64,000 nucleotides of DNA from Felis catus (GCF_018350175.1 NC_058382.1:53880001-53944000), one strand, 5' to 3'. Counted from the first letter of the stretch, positions 12,001 through 24,880 are shown. Numbers and translations are program-made. The notes: generated from the sequence alone by a model not told the origin.

Positions 12001-13699
12001 ATTCCACGGTGACAGCGATAGTGTTCTTATCTTATGGCAACAGAGTGTGAGCTCAGCTCACTCGTCAGGATGGAACACAGGGGCCTGGGGCCAGACAGGG
12101 TCGGTGGCTTCACAGGGCCGGGCCTCGCTAGTTCCCTCTCAAGGGCAATTTCAATTCTGTTTCCTCACTCATCAGATGGGGGTGACAACAGGAAGCTCAC
12201 GTGACCTTTATAAGGATGGCAGGAGACGACATAAGCAGAGTGCCGAGCACATAGGAGACGCCTCAGAAGGCAGGAGCATCGTCGGAAGCCCCAGCATCCA
12301 GCAGGGAGCCAGGCACAGAGGACGTGCTAGGAAATGTTTGTCAGCTTTTGTCGGGTCGAGTTTTTCCTTCCTGGGGGAAGCTGACCTGCCTTCCTCTGCA
12401 GCTCGGACACAGGTGCACACCCACCCCCCAGACAAGACCCACGGCTTTGTCCTTTCTGGAAGGTCGATGCTCTGGGCCAAATGGAATCCGCAGCTGCGTG
12501 CCCCTCGCCCTTCCGATCCAGCTCCAGAAGTCAAGGCTCTAATTCACTCTGAAAGGGCTTCAGCACCACCCCTGTGAGGTCCTTAAATGTTTTATGAGCT
12601 CCCTGAAATGCTCAGATAATTAAAAACACTTTCTTAATTTAATAGCTTGGCTTAATGAAACCAGGACTCTATGTTTTATTTGGAAAGGGGTGAACATCCC
12701 AGTAACACTTATTAATATCTTTAAGAGTATGCCCAATTGTGTCCAGGGATTGAGGGAGATCATTGCTTCAAGGGGGGAAACGGGCTTTCCTGAGTCGGTG
12801 ACAAGTCTCGGCCTTATTAGAGCTCATTACATCCAGGAAGCCTGAAAACCTAAATTAGCAATCATCACATAGGACGTGGCAGGCTATTACTAAGGAGGCC
12901 ACTTATTATAGAAACATGGAATTATCAATTAAAAACTAGTCGGCCCAGGCCCCAAAGGTCCACCAGGATTACCTGTGCCATCTAGGCAGTCATTTCAAAG
13001 GCTAACATGGAGAAAAGAATCCTCTGAGAGCAACTTTTGCTGTCACGTCAAATAAGCATGATCGTCTTAGGAGGAAAATGCCATCATTCAAACAGGTCGG
13101 ATGTAAACCCAACTGGTTTGGGGGGACGGAGATTAACAGCAAGAGCCAAAGATTCCAGTCTCAGGACGGTGAGGACTCTTCAGAGGGGTGTGCTTGCCTC
13201 TTTCCAGGAATGGCCAGTGGGCTGGGTGTGGACCTCAAGGTCAGGTGCAGTGGTGCACTGCAACTTGCACAAAGTGGGAGGTGGAGGTGGGGGGAATGGT
13301 TATAAACGTCTCTTTCCAACTCCGAGGCCAGTGACATCATGTCGGTCACTTGACATCAGCCAGGTGGGACTATATACACTGTGGAAACAGGTGAACACCG
13401 CACCCTAGCGCTTTATTTTCCCTTCAGAGAGCCAGTTAGCTATTAACAGCACCACCCTGGACGGACGTTCAAATCCTGGCTGGTCCACTGTGAATATGAT
13501 CACGGGCAATCTATTTAACTTCCCTGAACCTCTGTGTCCCTGACTATTTAAAATGGTGGTGAAACATTTTCCATGCAAGGTGGCTTCATTTTTTTCTCCC
13601 TCCAGAGCACTTATCACTACCCGACATCAGACATCTTTATCTGTTTACATTGATGTTATTGTGCGGTTGTTGTTAGCGTCTTTCTTCATAGAGCTCCCT

Positions 13700-14580
13700 C
13701 CTTCAGCCAAAAAGGTTTACCAAGCACCTGCTATGTCCCAGGCACTATTCTAGACGCCAGAAAGCAGCAGGGAGCCAAGACAGACAGACGTTCTCTACCC
13801 TCATAGAAGACACAAACAGGAAATGAGTGTGTAAAGGGTCTGTGCCTGAGATGGTGACAAACTCTAAGGGGAAAGACAAGGTGGCAAATAGGGCATGGTA
13901 AGGTAAGGGGCCGATGCTGCCATTTCTGGCACCGGGCAGGTGGCCACGGGGGCATCGCTGAAAAGGTGACGTATGCGAAAAGCAGCGAGAGGCAAGGGAA
14001 TGAGCCAGGTAGCCACGGGAGGGAGAGGGTGCCAGACAGAGGAAGGAGCAGGAAGGCGGGTAGGGCTGCGTCTAGCGGGTGGGAGGACCACACGGAGGGT
14101 ACCGTGGTGGCAGCACAGTGATGAGGGGCGAGGGCAGGGGAAGATGAGAGCATCAGCAGACGCCGGATCTCACAGGGCACCGCACGAGCAGCAGTGCTCT
14201 CCACAAGGATGGGGATGTTCTCTGTCAGGGTTGCCCGCTCCAGCGGTCCCTAGCCACACCCGCCGTGGAGCACTTGAAATGTGGCGAAGCGCCGTGTATA
14301 CTATCAATGTTTAATTTTCTTTACTTGTAAATAATTTTAATTTAAAAAGCCACGTGTGGCTAGTGGCTGGAGTTCAGGACAGCTCGGTTACAGATCACCG
14401 TAAGTGACTTCGGCGATGTCTCGGCATGAGGCAAAACCCATTGGGAAACTGAGCGAAGCAGGGCTATGATCCACCCGCTCTTGTAAAGGTTCACTCTGGC
14501 TGTTCTGCAGAGAGTAAACTGTAGGAAAGGCCAGGGAGGAAGCAACAGCAATCATCCAACAAGCCGTGCGGATGGCTCCG
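13700..14580 (-). mobile_element. L2 LINE fragment, interrupted by MER3
   Basis: caagcacctgctatgtcccaggcactattctag...gaaaaggtgac...ggttcactctggctg are antisense L2 phrases on both sides of MER3. Confidence 0.7.
14225..14385. mobile_element. MER3-type hAT-Charlie MITE
   Basis: ctagccacac...gagcacttgaaatgtggc...aatttaaaaagccacgtgtggctagtggct...ggacagc. Confidence 0.8.
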
Positions 14581-14711
14581 TGATGGAAGGAACTATATTT
14601 TGCTCTCTCCTCTACTCCAAGCATCTAGAACGTTTACCAGAATCTAGTAGGTACTTAAGGATTAGGGGACTGAGAGAAGGCAAGATCCAAATGATTCACG
14701 AAAATCAGCTT

Positions 14712-14940
14712 GAGGCTCCTGGGTGGCTCAGCTGGTTAAGCGTCCGACTTCGGCTCAGGTCATGATCTCACTGTCTGTGAGTTCGAGCCCCACGTCAGTC
14801 TCTGCTGACAGCTCAGAGCCTGTAGCCTGCTTCAGATTCTGTGTCTCCCTCCCTATGCCCTTCCTCTGCTCACTCGCTCTCACTCTCTCTCTCTCTCTGT
14901 CCCTCATGCACACGCGGGGAAATAAATAAACATTAAAAAG
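14712..14940 (+). mobile_element. Can-SINE (first of a tandem pair)
   Basis: gaggctcctgggtggctcagctggttaagcgtccgacttcggctcagg..., CT-rich region, A tail. Confidence 0.95.
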
Positions 14941-14956
14941 AAAAGAAGCTCATTAT

Positions 14957-15167
14957 GGGGCACCAGAGGAGGGGGGCTGCTCAGTCAGTTGAGTGTCTGA
15001 CTCTTGGTTTTGGCTCAGGACATGATCTCACAGCTCATGGGTTCGAGCCCCATGTCTGACTCTGCGCTGACGATGGAGAGCCTGCTTGGGATTCTCGTTC
15101 CCTCTTTCTGCCCCTCCCCTGTTCTCTCTCGAAATAAATAAATAAGCTGTTTTGAAAAAAGACCGTT
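14957..15167 (+). mobile_element. Can-SINE, different subfamily (second of tandem pair)
   Basis: ggggcacc...gctcagtcagttgagtgtctgactcttggttttggctcagg...cctgcttgggattct; imperfect TSD ending ctcattat at 14956 and 15186. Confidence 0.9.
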
Positions 15168-17369
15168 AAGAAAATAAACTCATTATCGGCTCACCCAATG
15201 CAGTTCCTTCTCCTCTGCCTAAATATTATGGCTTGGCAATGACATGTGGACCAGCTTCTCTGTGGTGTGTATAAACGAGAGCTTTGCTGAGAAGAAACCT
15301 TATTCAGCATAATCAATACACCCCAAAGTTTATTCCATAGACATGGGTTTCAGGGAACGTTAGTGGGTGCTAAATATTAAAAGGTAGACAAAAAGTTCTA
15401 TCAAAACGGTGTTAGGAAATGCCAGCGGAAGCAAAAGAGAAATGTCTTTACGGAAGTAAGCGTCAATGCCTTTAACATACTAACAAAAAACTGCGTGACT
15501 CCAACAGGAAATAAACACGTAGGATGTATTTTCCAACCGCTTTTGACAACAGGCCCCCTTGTTTTCCTGTAGTTGAGCCTGTGGCCTGGCGGCTCCGTAG
15601 GAGATCCTATATGTGACTGCTGAGTAATGGGACGACAAAGCTGAGCGCAGGCTGCCACCCCCAGTCATTCGGTAACACATTTTCCGCGTGGGATTTAACA
15701 CCATCTCGAACTATCGCCTTCATTCATGTGTTGACATGCTTACTGGATCGTAACTTGGGCTAGGATGAACTCCAGGGAGACTCGAGCGGGGGGGGGCGGG
15801 CCTTGGCTGCTCTGTTCACAGATGCACTTCAGGGCCCAGCCTGGTGCAAGGGGCCGACAAAAAAGCATTCGCTGAAAGACCAACCTGGAATCTACCGTGA
15901 CTGGGGCCCTAAGATTGTGTGGGACACTTATCCAAGCCCTGGGAAGGGAGGAGAATCTGGCACAGGCCCTGCCTCCCAGCTTCTCACTCAGAGTCTGAGA
16001 TTACATGCAGACACCTGAGGAGCAAACTGGTGAGGAAAGCCAGAATTTGGCAATTACTCACCCCAGATAAATGCTACAGGAATCCAGTCTGTGGAATCCC
16101 TGGGCTGGGTGGGTCAGGGGACTCTTGGGAGGAGGTGGAGCATGGGCAGCAAGGATCAGAATGACGCGGAGAGGTTGCGGAAGCTACGCCAAGCACAACC
16201 GACGGCACTTGGCCGTACAGAGCAGGGGCCATACAAGTGGACAAGGACCAGCGTCCTTGGGGAGGGGGACCCTGCACTCCAAGGCTCATCAGCCTGTGCT
16301 CAGCTCTCTGCACACAGCAGATAGTCAAGGGGGTCCGGGGTGGGGGTTGGGAGGGTGGCTGAACAGCCAGCAATATAAATAGCTAACGCTAGTCGAGGGC
16401 CTGCACTAAGCATTTTACCCGGATCATCTGTCTCATTTAGCTCCCCCAGCGACCTAAGGGATGCCGCTCCTACTGATGTGGAAGGCCAGTCTGGATTAGG
16501 AGCCACACGGTCTTAACCACCGTGCAGCCCTGCCTCCTCAAATAATTAGATGTCCTGAACGGAGAGCCATGCTTTAATACATATTGAAGAGCAGGAGACA
16601 GATGCTGAAAGCACCCCAAAGTTTGGATCTCAGAGGTAGAAGGACCTATCTGTGTCGGGCGGGGCCGTGCGAGGGTTCAGAAAAGTCTCCATGGGGAAGG
16701 TGATGTTTGAGCGACATTTGGAAGAAACGATGTCTCCACGTGGCAAATGGTGTGGAAGAGAGGACAGCACTGGGAAAAGCGGGGGCGGGGGGGGGGGGCA
16801 GCGCATGAGACAGCGTCTGCATTCAGCCTCACAGGCCCATCTCTCTCAGTTCATGTTTGAGCGAATGTTTGAATATGCAAATCGATGTTTAAAAAAGTGA
16901 TGACTGCCAGACCTCTCAAGGGTCAGAAGAAATGATTTCTTTAGAACGTCCTGGTAACAAAAAGCCAATTAAAACCCAGGAGTCAGCGACTGAGCATACA
17001 AAAGCCAGTTCCTTCTGAGGCCACATCTCCTCTCCTCTGGTTCTTTTTCCTCATTCACTGTATTTAATTGGAAAAGTGGCCATGGGTGAAGCAACTGTGT
17101 GAGCCAGTATCTCACTTAAAATGGGCCCCATAATAAGGACTGGCTGTACCTTCTAGAGTAATCCCTACAATTTACTGCACTAGCCTCAGTTTCTAGGCTT
17201 CATGGCAGTACCCACCCCTCACGGGCCATGATAGTAGAGGAATAGTGGCAAGGAGTGAGCATAGGCTTATTTAACACTCACTCTATCCCTTAAATTCATT
17301 CTCTCGGCAGTATATTAGCTACAATCAGGAGCCCAAGCGGCTCCCGGGGGAGAGGAGAGAGACAGAGCC

Positions 17370-17545
17370 TTGGGGTCACGCGACCTGTCTTTGAATATTG
17401 GTTCTTTCACTTATTAGCATCCTGTGACTCTGTTTTCCCATCTCTAAAATGTGAGTACCAACTTTCAGGGTTGCCGAGTAAATCAATAATGTATATAAAG
17501 AATCTGAACCAAGATTTAGCATACAGTAAGTGCTCGATATATGCT
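17370..17545 (+). mobile_element. MIR SINE
   Basis: ctctgttttcccatctctaaaatg...cagtaagtgctcgata. Confidence 0.65.
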
Positions 17546-19416
17546 TGTTTCCTTTCTCATTTTATGACATTGTGCATGGGGCAGGATCACGATCCCTGTT
17601 GAGGGCTTATTCCATGTTCTGTTCTGGGAGGGAGATGATGGAGAACACGTGAGACGTGCCTGTGGCCATAGGGGCTTCTGGTCCACATAAAGGCACAGGT
17701 GGTACAGACATGACAGAACCAGAAAGATGACCTTTCCCATTCAAAGCCAGCCTCTGAGGACTAAAGGGCTTCAAAGAATGCATGATGGAAGGCTTTCAGA
17801 AAGAGGTGCAACTTACAGAATCATCACGATTTGCATCAGTGGACAAGAGGGCAGGAAAACACCATGAGGTCTCAACTTGAGATGATCTTCAGACGAATAA
17901 GAAAACTTCAGTCAGTTAATAGTGAAGGATTAGTCTCCAAGTTGGTAACGGGGTGGGCTCCAGAAAATTCTAGCAAGGCACAGAATTTGAAAATGGAAAC
18001 TTACTATACCTCAGGCATCAAAGTGGTATTTGGTTGGCGGTTGAAACTCTCTTGAATGTAGATGTATGTGCCTGGCTCTCTGAGACGGTGCGATTAACCT
18101 CTGTATCTCCACATAAACATTAGTCATTTTAATGAAGTAAAACCTAAAGATGCTCCCTGGCTTCATTTCAGCGATGCTCCAGTCCACGTGGAGGAAAAGG
18201 GACGTTTCCCCCAAGCTACTAATCATTTCGCTGTTTCTTAATGCCCCTCCCCCTCACAAAGACCTGCCCATATTTAGAAAAATTATGTCTGGGATTTCAC
18301 AACAGAGTACATGTGACGGTTGCTCGTATCACAAGTTTATCTCCCATCGTGGCTTCCTATGACTTCAAGAAGAAGGCATGTTACGAGAGAGAAGCCATCA
18401 AGCACTTCTGTGGTTTGAGTCTTACAGAATGAAATGCTTAGTAAGAAACCACTCTGGGAAGACGAGACTGAGGAGACCAGATTGTATGGGATATAGGCAG
18501 TAAAATGTCATTAAATCACCATCGGTGTCTACAGAACGGCTGCCAAGTCCAAACAAGAACCATCACCTGTTACTCTATCAGAGCTCTTAGCACAGAACCA
18601 TGCGGGCTCCATTCAAGTCTTTTTCTCTTGTTCTTGAGAGTCTCTTTCAATAAGATATTGCCCCATAACTCACTCCTGTATCTTTCTCTCTACAACCAAA
18701 CAGTCTATAGCCCCAATGTAAATATTTGTTTTGTTGGGGCCAACTGGTGACCACACCAACGCTTATCACCATTGCTTACCCATATCCCCTTCCCCTGCAG
18801 CATTTCCTACAAATGTAATCAGTTCTGTGACCCATGTAATGTCTTCTGTCTCCTAAGGCAAGTTATCAATACATTTCAAAAAACTCTAACGCTATTCACT
18901 GTACCACAGGTTCTGCACGTCCTTACACCCAACTTAGCGCCAAAAAATAAATAAATAAATAAATAAAATTATCAAGCAGCTACTATACGCAAGTCAATGC
19001 CTCAGGGATGCAAAGATACAAAGGCAAGGTTCTTGACTTTAAGAAGCTCAGTTAGCAAATTGCGCATATCCTCCATTGACTCAACTGGAGAATAAGTGTC
19101 TTAGTAAATGATATTAAAACACAGTTGAATTCGCAGAATACACCACAGCTACTGTGATGTCTCAGGATGATGAGTGGGGTCCCCTTTTTCTTTCCTTTCC
19201 CACCTGGCCAATTCCCAGTCACCTTTCAAGAAGGAGCTCACATGTTTTACTCAGCCTGGGTAGGTCAGGAAAGCCTTACTTACTCCCTCTTGTTTGTCAT
19301 TGCCTTGCTAAGTATATGTTTCCCTCGAAGCCTAATCACTCCATACAAAATTATTTTACTGATGCTTCAGCCTTCTTTACTAGACTTGAGGTCCACAAGT
19401 GATAGTCCTTGACTTT

Positions 19417-19643
19417 ATGGGGTTTTTTTAATTAAAAAAATTTCCTTACTGTTTTATTTATTTTTGAGACACAGAGTGTGAGCAGGGGAGGGAAAGAGAG
19501 AGAGGGAGAAACAGAATCCAAAGGAGGTTCCATTTTCTGAGCTGCCAGCGCAGAGCCCAACGTGGGGCTCGAGCCTGCAAACCCTGAGATCGTGACCTGA
19601 GCCAAAGTCGGATTCTTAACTCACCGAGCCACCCAGACGCCCC
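19417..19643 (-). mobile_element. Can-SINE
   Basis: Ends gagccacccagacgcccc; TSD agtccttgacttt at 19404-19416 and 19644-19656. Confidence 0.96.
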
Positions 19644-21015
19644 AGTCCTTGACTTTTTCACTTCTACACCCAGCATCTAGTTCAGCGCCTGACCCAAGAC
19701 ACATCTGATGCCTGAGTATGATGAACAGGTGAAGCTGTTACTATGCTATGTTTACGCTCCTCTGCACGGAAACACACATTCAGTTAATTTTCCGACTCAA
19801 GTCCTACTCTTTACTCAGGTCCAGCTTCAAACTCACTATTTAAATAACTTGACCTAACCCACCCATCTGATATTCATCCATTATTCCTTAGAGATACAAG
19901 GGAAGGCAGCATGTAGGCTACAGCACTCCTTTTAGGTCTACATGTTTGCATGTGTCTGGAGTCTGTCCGTTGCTTTTGCACATACATCAGTTCTGTCTCT
20001 CCAAAACAATACTCTCTTTACTACAAAACCAAATAGTCTCATGATTATTCTTATTCCTTTGACCAAGGAACCCACATTCTAAACTTTCATTTGTTTGTTT
20101 CTTTGCCTTGTTTCTGTGTCAAACCACATTAATCAGACTTCCTTCACGTTGCTAGTACACTGATCAGGAGGGATAATCAGGACGGTTGCTCTGAGTTATT
20201 AAAATGCCAGCCCAAACAAAGAAAATTAACACGTTTTGTCAGATTGTGGCTCCATCCCATCGATAAATGCATGAATCACTTCTATGTTTGAAATATCAAA
20301 AATGGTTTTAGAAACCAATAATACTTTCCCAGGCTTCTAGAAGTATACAGACCACAGATACCCAACCACAGCATGAAACAAGAAGAGTAATCATGAGTAA
20401 CATGACTATCAGTCAACTATGCACCAGGCACTTGTTTCAACTCTGCCACTTGCTATGGAACCTTAGTAAAATCCCGTGATCTCTCCATGCTTCAGGTTCC
20501 CATATATATAAAACAGGGACACTACACTGTCTTTCAAGGGGGGTTATAGAGGTTCCTGGGATTTAATAATATAATGAATACACTCCTCACTAATGGGCCC
20601 AGGGCATTTTTTTTGGAACATGGTACTGCCCATTAAGTGGTAGGAAGCCATCACTATTTTTCAGACTTCCTTTAGCCCATTCTTTCTTCCAACTTTTTTG
20701 TGCACGACAACCCATGTCATTTCAGAGTAGGGAGCACTACATTTTAAGGAAGAAATGTAATAGGATCACATGGCCAAGAGAGGGAAGAATTAAGGCAAAT
20801 GAGCTCGTAGGTTTCCATAAATCACAGAGAATTTAATTGGAAGTGGTGGTGTTTTCTATGGCTGGAAGACAAGAGAACGGAGGCAGTTCATTACATTGAT
20901 ATGTCAGTCCTGATCAGGAGAGATTGAGAACTGGAGAGAGGGCCAAGAGAGACTGATCATTCATTACTTAAACTTAAGCAAATCAATTAGTTGTTGATGA
21001 AGGCTCATGAGGAAT

Positions 21016-21576
21016 CTACACTGTGCTATGCTCATAAGCAGGATTGTTGGTTGAGCTAGAGCTGCTCAGAGGAGCTTGGAGTGATTTTCCCAGTGAAATG
21101 TGATATTCCGGCTCTCTCTTGGGCTCACACTGGGACAGAAAAGAGGAAATAAAAAAGCCAACAAATTAATACTCCACCAATCCAGGTTTATGGAAGCCTT
21201 TGGGAGAAGAAGCCACTGACTACTTACTTGGTTGGCTTACTCCAAATCTCCCGGTTCCATCATAAATGGACTTTAGAGTCGGCTCTAAGAAGTGAGGAAG
21301 CCCCACCCACCCTGATGTTCACCTTCACAACCTTGTAGCTTCTCATCAGCCTTCTCCAACCTCCCACCTTGCTCCCTCCAGGAGTTTGGCGGCCACAGGT
21401 CACTGTTTTAGCACTCTGTGTTGGATTGTTTTCAATCATCTCATGGCCTGTGAATTGCCCCGTTTAGAAGCTGCAGGCAATACTGGTGAATAGCTTATGG
21501 AAGGAGCAAACACTTGAGAAAAACCTTTCCTCACTCGCTGTTTGTTGGAACTCAAGGCCATGAACTTCGCACGACT
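21016..21576 (-). other. Candidate spliced exons (21576-21535, 21284-21241, 21129-21016); unverified
   Basis: Each has a pyrimidine tract plus AG; the first two have GTGAG/GTAAG donors; they join into one open frame. No homology recognised. Confidence 0.25.
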
Positions 21577-22638
21577 CTAAAATGAGAATGTGATATAATG
21601 ACATGTCAATATGCACATACACTCGTTACTGCCAACCATGAATCTCCGAGGGCGAGCCATTCCATTGAGAATCAAGATTTCCGTCCTAGGCCTTCCTTGC
21701 CATTCGATTTCCAAGCTATATAACTTCAAAATTTTGAGTTGGCTTTAATTTCATTTTGGGAGAACTCAGTCTGAACCTCTACTACATTAAATATCAGATT
21801 CATTATTAATTTCTTAAAATCTTTAGTAATGTTTTAGCATGTAGCTAATTGTACCCACATCTGTCTCCTTTGGAATCATAAACAATGACTTGTAAACAAC
21901 AGGTCTGAGAACACCGAAGCCTTTTTTTTTTTTTTTTTGAAACCATACATCTCTAGGGCAGACATGTATTATACTTACATAATGAAGCAGTTGTCTGACT
22001 AGCTACGTAACAACTCAGGTGTTTTCAAATAAGTAGAAAAAAAATGTAGGATGGAAATTTAATTCTGCTCCTGGAGCAGGTTGATAAATCTAGCCAAACA
22101 GCTTTATTTTTTTACAGTACATTAAGGGAACATTTTTATTTAGTAGAGTCATAGATCTTCACATTATTGGGAAGTGTGTTCTTATATTGCGTTTTTGTCT
22201 TCAGAATTGCCTTAGGAAGACATCTTTTCACTTGGAGTCCTATATTCTGGGGGTGGGGGGAAACTCTGCTCAAACTTGATTTGGATTAATTGGACACTAC
22301 AGAATGGTGTCTTTATGCCCCTCACCACCAAAGTCTTTGTCTGAAGCAGAGTTTTGCTTTTAAAAGAATGGACAAGATTTTTGAAGCTGGATGATGAATA
22401 CATGGCTTGCCAAACTATTCTCACAACTTTTGTGTACTTTGAAAATTTCCATAAAAAGCAGTTCTTTGAAAGGACCTGGTAATAAAAGGGGAAACATATA
22501 TCTATGGAAAAACTGTGAAAATTCATTTCCCATAGATACATTAACACTCACTGTGTCCTAGACTCTGAGCTGAGGGATAGATGGGAAACAAGAAACTGTC
22601 CTCAAGAAACTCATTCCCTGGTCGAAGTGAGAGATGTT

Positions 22639-23029
22639 TGCTACAGACAGAATGTTTGTGTTCCCTCAAAGTTTCTATGTCAAAACCTAAACCCCAACGA
22701 GACAGTTTCAGAAGGGGAGCCTTTGAGAGGTAATTAGGTCATGAGGGTGGAACCCTTATGAATGGGATTAGTGTCCTTAAAAAAAAAAAACAAAAACAAA
22801 AAAACAAAACATGAGAGAGATCATCCTTCTCTCTCTCTCCCCACACCAGGTGAAGGTGCAGTGAAAACCCAGCCATCTACAAACCAGGAGGCGAGTTCTC
22901 ATCAGACACCAAATCTGCCAGCACCTTGACCTTGGACATCCTATCCTCCAGAACTGTGAGGAATCGGTGTTTGTTGTTGAAGCCCTCCAGTCAATGGTAT
23001 TGTGATAGCGGCCTGAACTGACCAAGAGG
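22639..23029 (+). mobile_element. MaLR solo LTR, MLT1A-like
   Basis: tgctacagacagaatgtttgtgttccctcaaa...ttaggtcatgagggtggaaccctt...accttgaccttggac...cagaactgtgag. Confidence 0.9.
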
Positions 23030-23135
23030 CTGCTGAAAGGAAAGATAGCTCTGGAAACCACATCAGCTGTGATGGGTTAAGGGGGGCCACAGTCAAATTG
23101 CTCTGGGAGCAAAGTTAAAGGGAAATGTATTTTAA

Positions 23136-23347
23136 GTTTTTGTTAATGTTTATTTTTGAGAGAAAGAGAGAGAGAGAGAGAGCAAGGGTGGGAGGGCAGA
23201 GAGAGAGAGGGAGACACAGAATCCGAGGCAGGCTGCAGGCTCCAAGCTGTCAGCACAGAGCCCGACGCGGGGCTCGAACTGACAAACCATGAGATCATGA
23301 CCTGAGCCAAAGCTGGATGATTACTGACTGAGCCACCCAGGAACACC
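23136..23347 (-). mobile_element. Can-SINE
   Basis: Antisense SINEC body; TSD aaagggaaat(g/t)tattttaa at 23117-23135 and 23348-23366. Confidence 0.95.
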
Positions 23348-24244
23348 AAAGGGAAATTTATTTTAATTGTGGGACTCAAGGAAAATTTCCTAAAGAAGGT
23401 GATAATTGAAGGTGATCATGACTTTTATATTCCAAGGAAGGTACATACAAAATAGCACAAATACACATTAAGAAGGATGGAGATACAAGTGATGTTCCAT
23501 ACTCCCTGCCCCCCCCCCCAGAAGGGGTCTAGAGGAACATCAGAGTTGGGGGTTAGCAGGATTCAAAGGGAAATGAGGCTAGAAAGCTGAGTTAAAGGCA
23601 TATCACATCCAAAGCGTTAAATCTCAGGATGAGGCCTATGGAATTTAACTGGGAGAAGTAGAAACTCATTCAAGGGATGGGATAAAGGGAATATAACGCC
23701 ACCAATTTGGTTTTTAAAAAATAACATTGGTAGCAACGTGAAGAATTTCAGAGTTGAAACTGAATTTTAGCCAGAAGTTAGCTCATTAGCCAGAGTGCCT
23801 TCAGCGATTTCAGAGCAACGCAGTGAGCCTGCATGAGGTTGGGTGGCGGGTGGATGAGAGAGGACGCGCTGCGCGCAGGACACAGAGAAAGGTTTAGAAA
23901 AAACCCAGCACACTAATTGGGTGGGATGATGCAAGGCCTGTTGCTACAGTGCTAGTTGCCAGACTCCCAAACTGCACCCACCCACCTGTGACTTACAAGG
24001 GTTTTCTTGCTGTGTTCAATCCCAGCTGGAAACTGGCACCTCGCTCAACTGGAGCATCAGTGAAGGGGCAGAAAAGGTCAGAGAGAAAGAGGGAGAGAAA
24101 CTGAGAAAGAGAATGAATGGGCCATGTGGGATAAGGTGAGGAGGGTTCCGAGAAAAAGGAACCACTGATGGTCAAAACAAGGACAGCCCATTCAAGGCCT
24201 TCACCAGGGAATATGCACAGTTGAAGGGACCAGAGACTGATCTT

Positions 24245-24258
24245 GTTGCCATAGCAAC
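24245..24258. promoter_or_regulatory. RFX X-box motif
   Basis: GTTGCCATAGCAAC, one base from the palindromic consensus GTTGCCATGGCAAC. Confidence 0.55.
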
Positions 24259-24706
24259 ATAGCCTCTTCTTTCCAGCTGGCTCTCTCATTTCTGTACCAT
24301 GGCTCCTGCAAGCTGAGACTCACCCGGGACCAGAACTTCTTCCTGAGCCTCACCTGGGCCTGTCTCACTGCATAGTGACTACTGTTCAAGGAAGCGCTCA
24401 AGGCTAGGACACGAGTCAGAGAGTCACTACCATCAGAATGGTGTGTCTAAGTGAAGTAGAAGTTTTCAGAGTCATTGGATATTTATTCTTATCAACATCC
24501 CTAAGATTTTTCCCACGTTGGCAAATGATGAAATGGAGGCACATGTGTTGTTGTTGTTGTTGTTGCATTGTGTCTCTCCCCAACGGATGTGTTGGAGCTG
24601 GAATTGGAACCAAGCTTGACTCAGATGTGCCCTCTTCTATGTGGTACTTACATGGTACTGTGACACTGCCCCACAGGCACAGGCCTTGCATCAGAAGCCC
24701 TAGTGC

Positions 24707-24880
24707 CATTCATTCATTCATTCATTCATTCATTCATTCATTCGGTAATCATATGTCGAGCGTCAACTAAATGTCAGGCACTGTGCTAGACATCGGGGAA
24801 ATGGTGTATACATACAGATACAATTTCTGCTTCTACAGAACGTACGGTCTGGCGAGACAGAGATGCATTTCTCAAATAAT
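24707..24880 (-). mobile_element. L2 3' end with (CATT)n tail
   Basis: (CATT)n followed by gagcgtcaactaaatgtcaggcactgtgctag. Confidence 0.75.

Noticed and set aside
12559..12580. REST/RE1 site (ttcagcaccac)
   Set aside because: Only the left half matches; the GGACAG half is absent
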